DNA of 64,000 bases, taken from positions 11,408,001 through 11,472,000 of the forward strand of contig NW_026889758.1 of assembly GCF_033153115.1 (NCBI RefSeq), in the 5' to 3' direction. The number at the start of each line of letters is the position of its first letter. Positions within the stretch are counted from its first letter, which is position 1. The position numbers and the translations under genes are program-made. Shown piece after piece: positions 12,456 through 25,500 of the stretch. The notes under the pieces were generated by a model. That model was not told the DNA's origin. It made no database searches and saw nothing but the letters and a program-made list of their open reading frames with translations. The stretch comes from Saccostrea echinata (Eukaryota).

Positions 12456-13371
12456 ATGTCTCATCTATTTTTTTTTAATGAAATTAAAATTCCTGTCCTT
12501 AATACTCCATTATAATGATTTGTCTGGTTGAAATTGAGTAATAGAGGATCTGAAGAAGATGAAAACATGAAATACACACAGACAAACATACATCACTAAA
12601 AGACATTTACCAGATAAATATGTATCTATATAGAAGTTTTATTGGTGGAGTTTGATGGTTCCTCAATTCACAAACATGTACATATTCTTCGACTGGTTAA
12701 TATTGTGCTTTAGTAGAAATTTATTTGTGAATAATTACGCTATTTTCTAAATTATAACAATCATGTTAGGTTTGGTACAGGCTACGATATTATCTGGTAC
12801 AAAAATCAATTTTCCTCCTCATAAACTGCTCTAAACAATAGTCCAAGCTGCCCCTTTCTGCTGCCTCATGATAAATGTTGTATGGCTTTAATCCATGACC
12901 TATTTTGTCATAATCATCTACCAACAGACAATAGCATGAGCATATCAACATATTTAAAGCTATACACAATCATCACTGATTGACTGGCCTACAATACTGG
13001 CTGAGGACAGAGGTCAATTTTAAAAATCTACAACTTCATACACACATGAACAAGGCAAATGATCAATGTAATGTCTTGCTTCAACACTGGAATTGGTCTA
13101 TCTGCTTTAACCTGATCTTGCCTTCTTACTAGGCCTTCTGTTTCATATGTTATATCATAAAAGATAGCTAAGGAGAAAGAAAGAGAGAGAACTATTTAAA
13201 TACTCCAGAATAAATACTCCAAAACTTTCTTTGAACTCAAACAACTTTGCAATATTTTTAACCAACAATAGTCTCTGAATATTATCTCATTGAAGAGAGG
13301 CACTGCGTCAAAAGAAGTTCCAAACAGAAGACTTGTAAAGAATGACATACATGACCACTCCACATAATAAA

Positions 13372-13449
13372 TAGGTGCTAAAACAGACATACTCTAAAAA
13401 GGTGCTAGAACAGACATACTCTAAAAAGGTGCTAGAACAGACATACTCA
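13372..13449. repeat. Short tandem repeat, 27-bp unit x3
   Basis: aggtgctagaacagacatactctaaaa repeated three times. Confidence 0.85.
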
Positions 13450-13561
13450 AAATTTCATTTATCCAGAAAACATAAGTAGCATGCTCCATCAACATCAAAT
13501 AATAGTATGCAACTTTAAAAACAAATAATCTCCAATTTTTGTCCATCATAAGGATTATAGT

Positions 13562-14455
13562 TAGGGTTGTCAATGAATAGTCGACTATTTGACTATCAGT
13601 CGAATGGACCGACAATCGAATAATGATATGACAATCGAATAAAGAAATGCAATAGAAGAGTGCATGAAAACGAGATGGAATTATCTCAAAATTGAGAAAT
13701 CTTTTTTTCCTCAAACACAGTCGATAAGATAAGATAATATTTCCTTCACAAAACTGTTGACTTTCCATGTACATGTAGAAAGTACAGTAATTACAGTGTA
13801 TATAAATGCTTGAGTACCGTGATAATTATTTGTCAAATTACTAATCTGTATTCTTTTTGTGATAAATTATCCAGTCCTTTTCTGGACTATTTTTTTTTAA
13901 ATTTATTCATTAGACTTAACTGATCTCATACCATTTACCAATTATATTTTGTTATTCTAAGAATATGTTCAAATGCAGGGAACACACTGTAGCCGTGACA
14001 CACGTTTTGACACTTCAATAATTACAAATTAATACTAAAACAGCTCGCTTACATTGTAAGGACATTTTGGCCGGGACAATCAACAATTGAACAGTGGTTC
14101 ATTGTTTAACAATATCACTGGCATCTGATGTGTTGATAGTGTGTGTTAACCCCCCTAACCCCCTCCCTGATTTATTTTATAAGCTTTTAAAAAATATTGT
14201 GCAGGCAATTTTTTTAATGCTTATTAAAATAAAAACTGATTTATGAATGTGATTGACAGGGAAATCATATGTTTTGGAGAAATTTACGGTCTAAATTTAT
14301 TTCGCAACGTCATAAGCATTTGATGTTACTTTATGTGTAAATACAGGTACATAGGTTTTTGTTATAAATACTTGAAGTACCCCGAATATTTGACTATCAT
14401 TTGAACAATGCTATGGAATAGTCGATTAAGAAAAATAACTATTTTGACATTCCTA
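13562..14455. mobile_element. Non-autonomous hAT element
   Basis: TIRs tagggttgtcaa / ttgacattccta, subterminal cgacta/gaatagtcga repeats, 8-bp TSD ATTATAGT at 13554-13561 and 14456-14463. Confidence 0.85.
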
Positions 14456-15679
14456 ATTATAGTGCATCTTGACCTGATGAACCTAGTAAACTTATCTTTG
14501 ATCACTCATCAGGAAAATTCTGGTATATGTTCAAAGGGTTCCACCCTCCACCCATCAAAAACTTTATTGCATATGAATGACCTAAGGAGAACATTTCTAC
14601 AACAAAATTCTTAAATTTTAGTCCATTGATTTGAAATGAGGATTCTGCTTCTTACAAGGGTTAATAAATTTTAGTCCTGAAACAAGAGGCCTAATTAAAT
14701 AAAATTAGTTTTGACTTTAAATAGCTTCAATCCAGGGATTGTCACATTGCCACAGGCTTGGCTGTATTTATGCTGCAGCTTTCATACAATAGAGAAATCA
14801 AGAAATTGCCAAAAAACCAGGACAGACTTGTAGAAAAGCACATAACAAAATCATGGCTGTGCTTACCACAGCATTCACACTATGGCTTAAAATACATCCT
14901 TTATCAACTTAGCTGGAAAAAAGATCGTTAGGCTTTCAAATTTTGTCGGAATAAATTCTTACAGTTACATAGTATAAGCCAGTCTAGTTGAATTCCGAAA
15001 ACAGAGTAAATGGAAGTATCAAAATCATACCCCCCAAATGGAGTATGAGTGTACAAGGACGCATAAAAATGTGTTTATTTCACACAAAAAGTAAAGGTTT
15101 ACAAAAAAGGGGTTGGTGCAGAGTACAAGGATTATTTTGCAAATGTTAATAAACCAATAGATCATAGAATAGGGGTGTTTCAGGAGATTGTGTTTTACAA
15201 AAATGTAAGTTTATTGTACAAATTCATGATTTTTTCACGAAGTTGGCCATTTTTTCTTCTTTTTTTTCCCTTTTTTTTTTTTTTTTTTTTGATCTTTGAC
15301 ACCCAGGTATTTTAGATAATTATTCTGATTAACAAACAAAATACAATGATGAATATTTAAGAGAAATTATCATTATGGAGTTACCTCACTAGCTAGTGCT
15401 AGTCGGAGTGTGGCCTTACTATATACAACACAGCCACTCCAAATTCCTTTTTACTTTTATTGAAATTGATGACAGTTTTAAAAGAAACATTTTTTGTTAA
15501 AAATTTGCCCTTTTTAGGCTTTATAAAATGATCCATGTGGAATCACAGTCAAGAACTTCCTAATGTCTTGTTGGATTTGAAGATGGAAGTTAAAAGTGGT
15601 ATCCAACAATAATTATACGCAACTGTACTCACCCAAACAGTTACACTGTCAATATCTTAGCAGAATTTAAACTTAAGGA

Positions 15680-16545
15680 CAATAATAGCGAGCGCAGCGA
15701 GCGGCGCAAAGCGCCGCTCGTCACTGCGAGCTCTAACGACAACGCCTGGGCGAAGAGAAAATTCGGACTACTGCACATTCATTCAATAGAATTTTTTTCC
15801 GCAGTAATTCTGACCCACAATGCATCGCTTCTTGTTCTCGCTGCTAACTTCGTTCACGCGGTGACAACAACTAAAATTTCACAAAAAATAAACTCACCTT
15901 AATTAATGGCTATTGCATGCAGATAGTAGATGAAACGTTCTTTGTTAAAATATTTGCACTTTTTAAACTTTGTTTATGGAAATGCAGCTAACATACGACG
16001 TCATGTGACGTCACAGTGTAGACGTTCCAAATGTCTCGTGCGGTTTGAAGAGGCGGATCTTAAAATGAAGTAAACAATGCGCTCACCCCAACGGTCGCAC
16101 CGTCAACATATTATTTTTGTTCTTTTTTGTTAAGGGAGATAATATGTAGATGGTTTTGACTGTGATCCGGTTTGACGGTTTGATATGATCCAATTTTATA
16201 ATAGTAATAGCGGAGGAAGCAATGCAAAGCACCGTTTGCACTACAAGCTCTAACAAGTCTGGGCAAAGAGAAAATTCAAACAATATGATCCAAATGAATT
16301 TTTTTCCACAGTAATTAACCTCTGGGCCCAAAATCCGAATTGCATCTCGACGCAAATTACACTCTCACAGTAACAACAAAAGTACACTTTGATTTAATGT
16401 ATATTGTAGATATAAATGGTAGATTAGTCTAAACGTTCTTTATAATAATTAGCACTGTGTAGGCTTCAGTTTGGATCTAAATTAAAACTGAATAGGTATC
16501 TGCGCTCGCCCTAACGGTGGCTTCGTCACATATTATTATTATTTT
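15680..16545. repeat. Two diverged tandem copies of a ~350-440-bp interspersed repeat
   Basis: Copy 1 15680-16120 (aataatagcgagcgcagcgagcggcgcaaagcgccgctcg...gctcaccccaacggtcgcaccgtcaacatatt). Copy 2 16200-16545 (taatagcggaggaagcaatgcaaagcaccgttt...gctcgccctaacggtggcttcgtcacatatt). Confidence 0.7.

Positions 16546-16547
<2 letters not shown>

Positions 16548-16606
<59 letters not shown>
16548..16606. repeat. (TA)n microsatellite
   Basis: ~29 consecutive TA units. Confidence 0.97.
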
Positions 16607-16608
<2 letters not shown>

Positions 16609-17065
16609 TCTGTACTTATATAGATTTTGTCGGGTTTGATGAACCTGAATTAAATGCTTATATTATAAGATTCTGTCTAGACTGTTCTTATGACATGATT
16701 ATATATAATTATATTCGCAATATCTCTACACTTCATTTTTTAGTTTAAGCTATTTCTTTTTAGATTTCTTATTGCGTCACTACTTACACTAAGAAAGAAG
16801 AAACAAAATATACCACTCTACTTTCGTCTTCTCGGTCTTGTCAACAACATTGCAACATGGTTAATGAACAACTTTTACAGAATATTGATCCCGATCGGTT
16901 TGCAAATAACCACATTGTCTTTGTTGTTGATTAGCAATTTGCAATAGAAAACATTATCACTATCATTCTTTTCAAAAACAAATAGTTTTGCATGAAAAAA
17001 TAAACCGTGTTTTACTACGAAATTTTGCTAATTAATTGTTGAACATTTACCATTTGGTTAAACAT

Positions 17066-17147
17066 GACGAGGTGGCCGAGTGGTTAAGGCGATGGACTGC
17101 TAATCCATTGGGGTCTCCCCGCGTGGGTTCGAATCCCATCCTCGTCG
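17066..17147 (+). tRNA. tRNA-Ser-GCT: tRNA-Ser (anticodon GCT)
   Basis: 82 nt, GACGAGG...CCTCGTC acceptor stem, A box TGGCCGAGTGG, anticodon arm ATGGA-CTGCTAA-TCCAT, long variable arm, TTCGAAT T-loop, oligo-T terminator at 17156-17162. Confidence 0.98.
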
Positions 17148-17234
17148 GAACAAAGTTTTTTTCCGTTTTATCAGGGAGTAGTGTACGTAGTTCCCTGACT
17201 ATATGGAAAAATATTATTGTTCAAAGCATTAACA

Positions 17235-18090
17235 TGGAAAACGAAAGTTCGGGACGGTATATAGTTATCAGGATAGATCCGTCCGTCCGTTTGTCATGCT
17301 TCTTCCCCAAACTACTCTTTTATCTTAAGCAGTAACTAATTTATCTTTTGTAATATGATAAGATGTGCAATAATGTTTCAGAGTTTCCATGTTCCTCCTG
17401 GGGATCAATGGGGGTCAAAAACGATGTTTTTCTACAAAAACCTGGTTCCCTCTTACATTTTGCAAAGTAGCCAAATCATCTTTGGGAAGGTGATTACAGA
17501 AACCCGGTATTCTATGCATTGTGTTATGAGCATTGAAAATATATTTGGCTAATGGGTAGGGATCTCAATCATTTTAAAGCTATTTACACAATTATAAAAT
17601 GGTGGGGGTTGGGATGACCCCTGGGCTCTTACCCAAGAGAATATTTCTATACATGTATATGGTTTAGGGGTGGGTATCTTACTGTTTTTGAACTAGAAAA
17701 GTTGAAACTTATGCGAAAGTTTTATTATATAGTGTAGATTTAAGTTTATTCAAATTATGACCCCGGCATGGGATGTATGTATGCCATCAAAGCTTTTATA
17801 GCGAAATATGTAAGAAAAAAATCCTTAAACGTTTTATTCCTAAGAACCAATAGCTTAGAAAAATTGAAACTTAATTCTGTGAAAGGTCCATTACATAGTA
17901 TAGATTCAATTTTGTTCAAATCACGACTCCCGGGAGTAGGGTGGGGCCACAATGGGCGATCATGTTTTTACATAGGAATATGTACGGAAGATTAAACCTT
18001 TAATTTTTTCTTTATAATAGCAAAGAGTAGACATATAGGGAAGAATCCTCTGATCAGGAAGTGAAGAATCTGGTTTGTTCAAATTACTCA
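17235..18090 (+). repeat. Decayed HINE/Helentron fragments, including Cg170-like satellite monomers
   Basis: 17235-17520 resembles 36300-36780 (gtccgtccgt microsatellite, aaacctggttccc). 17690-18085 matches the monomer of the 29000-30500 array (tagtgtagatt...gtagggtggggccacaat). Confidence 0.65.
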
Positions 18091-18399
18091 GAACTTTTTT
18101 TTTTTTTTTTTTTTTTTTTTTGCACATTTACCAGTATACATATGTATAAGGAACAAGGTCTTTGTAGAAAAACGTCCTTTTCCGAACTCTATTTGGCCCC
18201 TAGGTGAAAATCAAAATTTTAAAATGTCAATGCTAGAATTCTCAAATCAGACAATTTTTAAATACTGGTATAAATAAATAAATAAACAACTGCACTACAT
18301 AGTACTTTATTTACAATCTCTTCTAAATACATTTTTGATCTTGCATTCACTCAATTTTTTTTTCAGCAATATATACCCGTCCGTATAATGGTTGGTTGT

Positions 18400-19325
18400 T
18401 TTGCATTTGTCAATTCTAGTTGACTTTAATTACAAGAAAACTCTATAGGGCTTAGATATTGAACATCTGAAACATAATCCCCCAACGTGATCATGTTCTT
18501 CTTCACACTACAACTTTAGTCCTTCTGGTGATGTAAATATAGTTAATAAATGAGGACCTTAAATCACTTATTTTAAAAGGGCCAAAATTTAGGGAACCCC
18601 GATCTTTCAACTGGCATCATTATGAATTCTGTGGAAGATTACGCCAGGCGATGGGCCAAACATGAAAAAAGAAAACCTAGACACTTTGTCAGCATGAATT
18701 AAATGTATCAGATGGATGTTAAAATCTCGCATTAAGCGATTGAGGGGCAATATGAAAATAATCTATCCTTCTGTCTTCAATAATTCAGAAGTGAAAAAAA
18801 GAACTTGATTAGACAGATTTTACTGGTCCCAGCAGACAAAGCACAGGCCCGTAGGAAGCAATTTCAGATGGGGGGGGGGGCGCACAGCCATACATTTTCA
18901 GTTTTCAGTTTTCAGTTGGAGGGGCACTATCAACTATCAAAAGTTCCTTGACAAGAAAAGAAGAAAAAAAAGGTCATCAGACGTTTTATTGAGGGGGCAC
19001 AGGCATGTAGTAGCTATGTCTATATCTCGGCAAAATTATTTGGGAGCATCCCTCCCCGTGCCCCCCCCCGGTTCCTACGGCCATGAATCAGGTAACAACA
19101 TTGTCCTTGTTTGTAAGACTCATAATTTAATTGTATTTCAGAGAAACAGGGATTTAGTTCTGCAAGTGGTAATCCAATTTATACCTATAGCTCCCTTGCT
19201 ATGGAGGAAATTCTTCAAAATCATGTCAGTTTAAAATATTTTTTATATTCCCAACAACCAAAATGAATTACCATATTTAACATATACTAAATTGATAAAC
19301 TTCATAAAAATCCCTACAAACAAGA
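18400..19325 (+). mobile_element. Decayed Penelope-like (Naiad-type) retroelement, linker and RT N-terminal region
   Basis: Conceptual translation across frameshifts gives PPT*SCSSS (CxC linker position), LILKGPKFREPRSFNW, VEDYARRWAK, LVPADKA|GNNIVLVCK. Confidence 0.75.
18844..19085. mobile_element. MITE inserted in the Naiad relic
   Basis: TIRs caggcccgtaggaa / ttcctacggccatg, 5-bp TSD aagca/aatca. Excision restores the PADKA-GNN reading. Confidence 0.75.
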
Positions 19326-19449
19326 AAAGAAGGGGATGACCCTCTTTTCCATTTCGGAATTCTTACGGTATTTAATTTAGAAATTACTTTGCGATAGACT
19401 TCCGGGTAAACGAACGAGAAGTTGCGGTTGCCGTTTCACGGTTTGGAAA

Positions 19450-19530
19450 ATGGCTTTCACATTTGCTGCATTTTGCTATATTTTAGCTCTTATTTTAACA
19501 GCAGTATTGATCTTCTTTGCAATTTTCCAC
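19450..19530 (+). CDS. CNIH1: cornichon exon 1
   Basis: [27 protein letters not shown] | gtaaga. Confidence 0.96.
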
Positions 19531-22500
19531 GTAAGATTTGGTTATACTACTCATGAAAAAATATATCTTGTGTAACAATTGCATATTTTAGAGGTCCGTT
19601 CGAATTTCCTTCATAATTATTTTGTTGTTTTTTTATTTACATAATTACAAAATACAAGATCAAAATAAAAAAATCCAAATTCTCGAATTTTAACTTTCAT
19701 ACCAAACAATTAAAAACAAGTCTGGTATTTTATTATTTTTATTATAGTTTTTTCATGGTCAAGTTTAATGTCTGTTGTTGCAAAAGTTTTTGTATCTGAT
19801 TATGTCACACTTATAATAATTGTTTTCTAATTTACCACTTTAACAGATCATTGCATTTGACGAACTTAAAACAGACTACAAAAATCCAATAGATCAATGT
19901 GGAAGTTTAAACCCCGTGAGTAATCTTAAGGAGGGGACAAGTTTGTTCTTCATATGTTTCAGTACTTTCATAGATCTTCAAATTGTTTGATTTATCAAAA
20001 TCTTTCTGTACATTAAAATCTTAAATAACTTTTTTAATTATCTGTACATGAAGTATATAACTTTTAAACAAGTCTTTAATATTATTTGGCAGCTGTACTA
20101 ATCTATATAATTGTACTGATGTACTGGTTCCTTTGTTCATTATTTTCAGCTTGTGTTGCCTGAGTATTTCATCCACATACTGTTCACATTCCTATTTATC
20201 ACAGCCATGGAATGGTTTACTGTCATCATCAATATTCCTCTTATCGTCTACCATATAAGAAGGTAACATAGTTTCTATCAATTAATATGTTGAACATAAT
20301 TTGGTATTATATAGTGATGAAATGATTGTCGCTGACCATAGATTGTGGATCGCTTGGAGCTCTTCGATGCTACTAATCGATTATGAAAGTGAAGTCTCAG
20401 ACATCGCTGATAAAAATATTAGGGATTAATTTGGGTGTAAACTTCAAATTTTATTACCAAAAAAACATTTGCAGAAAGTAAAAAAAGTTATCCTGAATGT
20501 TTAAAAGGTAAAAACCTTCTTCACTTCACTTCAAAGTTTAATCATGGTTGTTGTTGACAATTTTTACCGCCATGATTGAATGTAAGGTCAGGCTATAAAG
20601 AGGAATTGGCCAGCGTTATGGGTTCTACTATAATCAGAAATACACAAACAGTACAAACGTTCTATAAATTTAATTAATAACAATTTTTTAAGTCAGAATT
20701 GAAATTACACAAAGTAATTCCAAGAAAATGAATACTGGTAATAGAAGGTGTAACTAATATCAGTAATGTTCCCATTTGTATACATGTATTTTTTTAATAT
20801 ATACATTTGTGGTATTTCTCTCTTATATAAACATACAGAGAGCAAATATCTTCATACCTGTATGAAGTTTTTCGAAGGTCATAGGTCATTACGTGACCTA
20901 ATCACACGGCGCAGTAATATCTACATAAAAAGACTTACTCTACTTAGCAATATAGCATGTTTTTCATGTATAAAAATGTACAAAATACGCAAGTAATATA
21001 ATAATCATTTTATTAACATTGTAAACGAGTATTTAACACAGTTCTTGATCGATTTTACAAAGAGAATAGAAAACTACCTGTTATAAGTTTCATGTCTGAG
21101 CTGCATAATCTCAACGTTTATCCTTATTTTTCTTGTAGACCTCTGAATGCTATAATTTTTTTTCATTAAACTTTACTCACAATAAATTTGAAAATCTGTT
21201 GGAAAATATCAATGTAATAGAATCACGCCACAAAAGCTGACAAACACTGCACTTCGGAAGTTCGGTAGACACACCTTCATCATCGAGATCGTTGTCTTTA
21301 CAATGTAAGCTGTCACCAGTGTCTCCGTGTCAACATCATAATAAATATGCCTTACTGAAATCGTAGATATTATGTTTCTGATCCAATTTTATACTTGATT
21401 TCAAGTAAACTAGTCCGGAGAAGTGTCTCCATCCATCCCTTTCCGACCGAAATTCCTCCAACATTTAATTATCAAACATTGGACGTTTTTCTTGTATTTT
21501 TTTAACATCGAATATGGGTTCTCATGAATACAAAAATTCCCAGACACAAATATGCTCACTATAATTGATCACAAGTAGCCTTTCTTAGAATAGTCCCTTC
21601 AAAACAGAATCCTTTGCCAGATGAATTTGAAGCGTAACCACTTTTCAAGCCGATTTACACCTTGCGTAATTTGTCAAATCTACGACGAACAGTTAGTGCA
21701 ATATTTATATTCGATTGTCGTCTCAAATGTATATATAAGTAATAAATAACAAGTTTAAAAACTTCACTGGGAAATGAAGTGGGTCGGTACGAGATCAAAT
21801 CTTCTGAGAAGGCCTTCGGCCTTCACAGGATTTGATCACGTGGCCGACCCACTTCATTTCCCAGAGAAGTTTTTAAACTTGTTATTTATTTGTTAAATGA
21901 AGCTTCCTACAGGAATTAAACTCTTATTTTCAATTTTACTGAGAGAAAATAAATAATTAGAATACCTTCTCATAAAACAAATTTACTGAAAAATTATTTT
22001 GTTTATTTAAATAAACTGACTTTATTTATACTTGTTAAACTCTGAATAGAACAAAGATACAAATGTTGTTTTTATGATAATTATGATTTAACATGTTAAG
22101 GCAGGGTTCTCCACATTTGAAAATTTAACCACGGAGGAAGCTGCGCGAAGGCGCAATGCGACCAAAAACACGAATGCATGTTAGACTTCCTAACCTTCAT
22201 TAATCGATTGGTTAATTCACAAAACTTAACCACTGCAGCACAAAAAGTTGAAATAACCAATAATTTTTTAGCTAAAAAATTAAAAATAAAAAGGATTATG
22301 TATCTTAATTACTCTACAAATGTACCAAAATTGGTCCAAAACTGTAGGAACATTTTGAAGGAATTTCAAAATAATATTTTGAAAGAGTAACCATGGCAAC
22401 AGTATCCAAAAACTGATATACAGAATTGACGTTGCCTGTTATATAAAAAGTTTTATTTAAATATGACAATAACTGATGAATTGGTAGTACTTTAAAAAAA

Positions 22501-25500
22501 AGTTAACAGACACACAAACAAACGAAAGCCGACATCCTACTAATGCCTAAGCTTTTTTTAACTGCATGATCTATGAAAACTTACTGGTGGTATACATGGT
22601 AAAAGTAACTTAGTACAACCAGGGGCATTAATTTGCATTAATGTAATTTTGCTTTCTCTATTCTGTCTTTCTCTAAACGTTATTTTTTCTACATATTGCA
22701 TTTTCGCTGAGTTTCCTCCATTGTTTATTCCTCCACGTGCCCGTGCTAAAAATAGTGCCACGCCAAAGTTTCATAAAAACGGGAGGTAACTCTAAAACTA
22801 AGACGAGGATTGGCACTTACGTACATTTTATCAGAAAGATAATAAAGTTAATACTTAAAAACAAAGCATGAGGAATTGATTATATACAAAGAATAGGAAA
22901 TTTTGAAAGGGCTCATTTTTTTTTGGGCATACCTACTGCTCGTTATGATCTTTTATCAAATAGTGAACACGTTGGAATTTCCCGAAATTACATGTTTGTA
23001 ATTTCTGAGTACTGGCATAATTGCCATACTTTCCAAAACCTTGCATGGACAGTTTTTGTAGACCCATCATTTTTGGCGAAAAATCGCCATATTTTGTGTG
23101 TGTGCGCATGCGCGGACTCTATTTTCGGAGTCTTTTTCAGTCTCAATTTCTTACTTCCGGAAACGCTGTTTTTGGAGTTCGTCTAGACTGGTACTACAGG
23201 ATAATTAATTCTCAAGATATTGATCTTCAGCTGATTGACCCTCCATTGTCACGCTTCCCAGCATAGTCGCCGATCAGCGACCGTGTTTGTTTAGCACACT
23301 CCGCTTTCCCTCGAGGCATGCCAGATGCATGGCAGTCGTAGTATAAACACAATTAACTACTCAAGTCATTAAAAAGTAGGTGTAAATACTAAAATGCAAC
23401 AAAAATTTAACCATGGCGGCCGCCGATTTTAACCATGGCGCAGCTCGTTTAACCATGGCGCTCATAAATTTAACCATGGCGGGCCGCCATGGTAAAACCC
23501 CTTATGGAGAACCCTGGTTAAGGAATCTCTTATTTTATTTGAAAGGTAAAAAAATCTTATTATTATACAAATATGGACTCAATGTAGGTCACTATGCATT
23601 TATAATGACCCAGGATGACAGATATTGACTGAAGATACATGTAGTATATCGATGGAGGGCGCTAGCCCGAGGTCGATATTCTCCATGTATCCGAGGTCAA
23701 TATCTGTCATCCTGGGTCATTATAAATGCATATTGACTGTGCATTGAGTCCATATTTATTATATTATATAATTTCCCAAATTTATTAGTTCATAAATATC
23801 TTCCTAATGTTTACAGAGATAGTGATATGCTGTTGTTGTAAACCATAAATAAGTTGAATGAAAATGTTTCAGAATTTATTGAATTTTACTTCCAAAACTA
23901 ACAACCAGAGTTTCCTTTCATTGAGCAACAGTCCTCATAATGTATAACAGAAATCATATTAATAATTAACAATAACAATAATTGTAAATCTATCACAACA
24001 TGAATAACAAATAAATATATTAAAAATTGATATCACAAATGCTGCAACACCTGAGCCGAGTCAGAGCTTGAAAGGTAGTCATACATTTTTATTAAGTCAG
24101 CATCAGATATTGGAGGGTGGTGGTCTATTATTCTAACTATATGGTAGCCTGCCCCTGCCTCTTCAATTTCATTGTCATCCCTATTTCTTGTTAAAAAATA
24201 AATAAAATTTTCAATCCTCTAAATATATCTCATAAACAAATACCAAAATGAGTATGCTCAATGACTAGATAATTCATGAAATGAATATAAGCTGAAAATA
24301 TTTCTGAAAATCGGGAGTCCTACCTTTAAAAAAAACTTGTTTTACTCTCGGAATAGTGGTCCCTTGATAATGTCAACGTCTGGTGGAATACATTGCAAAA
24401 ATCTCTGTATACCCTGACGATATGGTAAGAGAGTGTTTTGTTTTTTTTTTTGTTTTTTTTTTTTGTACTTTTCCCCTTTGTTATTCCGAAGTTCAACATA
24501 AAATCTCAGCAGCAGATGATCAAGTTGTTCACATGTTAGGGAGTGTTGGTAAAATGGGTAGGCAAACCCGGGCCGGGGCAAATTAAAAACCGGGGCTGTT
24601 CCATATTTTTCGATTTTCTGTCTTAATACTTCATCAATCAAGTTGAATTTTTCAGAATATGTTTGATATAGGTTTATTTGTATTCGCTGTAAAAATTGCC
24701 TTGAAACACTCAGTAGTATAGATTTTATCGGCAGTTGCTGATTTCCAAGTTGGTAAAATGGGTAGGCAGTATCAAGTCAATATTTTAGAGTAATTTGACA
24801 AATGTGACAATGAACAAGTAATCTTTTGAATTATTCCGATGTTTAATAATGTGTATTAACTAGAAATAGTTATTTCTTTACTGGGAAATGCTTTTTTTTA
24901 TGCTTAAATACACATTTTCATAAAAACCGGGTCATTGAAACTGGATCCGATCAACCGGGACAAACCTGAAAATTCCGGAATAATGATATCGCCGTTCCTT
25001 GTTTCATAGGGGGCTCTGAGGTTGTAAGCCAACACCTTTGTGGTATTGTCTAGCTCTTGACTCGTTGGTAGTATTTAAGTACATCAACATAATTTCTTTA
25101 TATCTTCCTCTCCCCAATGAACATAACAAGCCACTTTTATTATCCCAAGCAGCTTAAATTATGTTTGATTAACATGATTAAAGTTTGGCACAAGACTTTG
25201 TATTAATATCCATATAATATTTAGGAGTGAAACGGTTCACCGCGGTATCGATTCACCGCGGTATTTTTTCTCGGTTTGATACACGGTGCAAAATCTCTAA
25301 TTTTCGGTTCGGTTCATTTTTCGGTCGGGATCGTTATTCAGTCGGGTTTGGCATAAGGTAAAACACATTACTCAGTAAAATAAGTATAGAAAACGTAAAT
25401 TTTTTATGACTGATAGCTTGTAAAATAATTTTTGACCGTCAAATAATTTTAATCAATTTCTTCTAGTCAATTTGCAAATAAAACTCGTAAAATATGTTAC

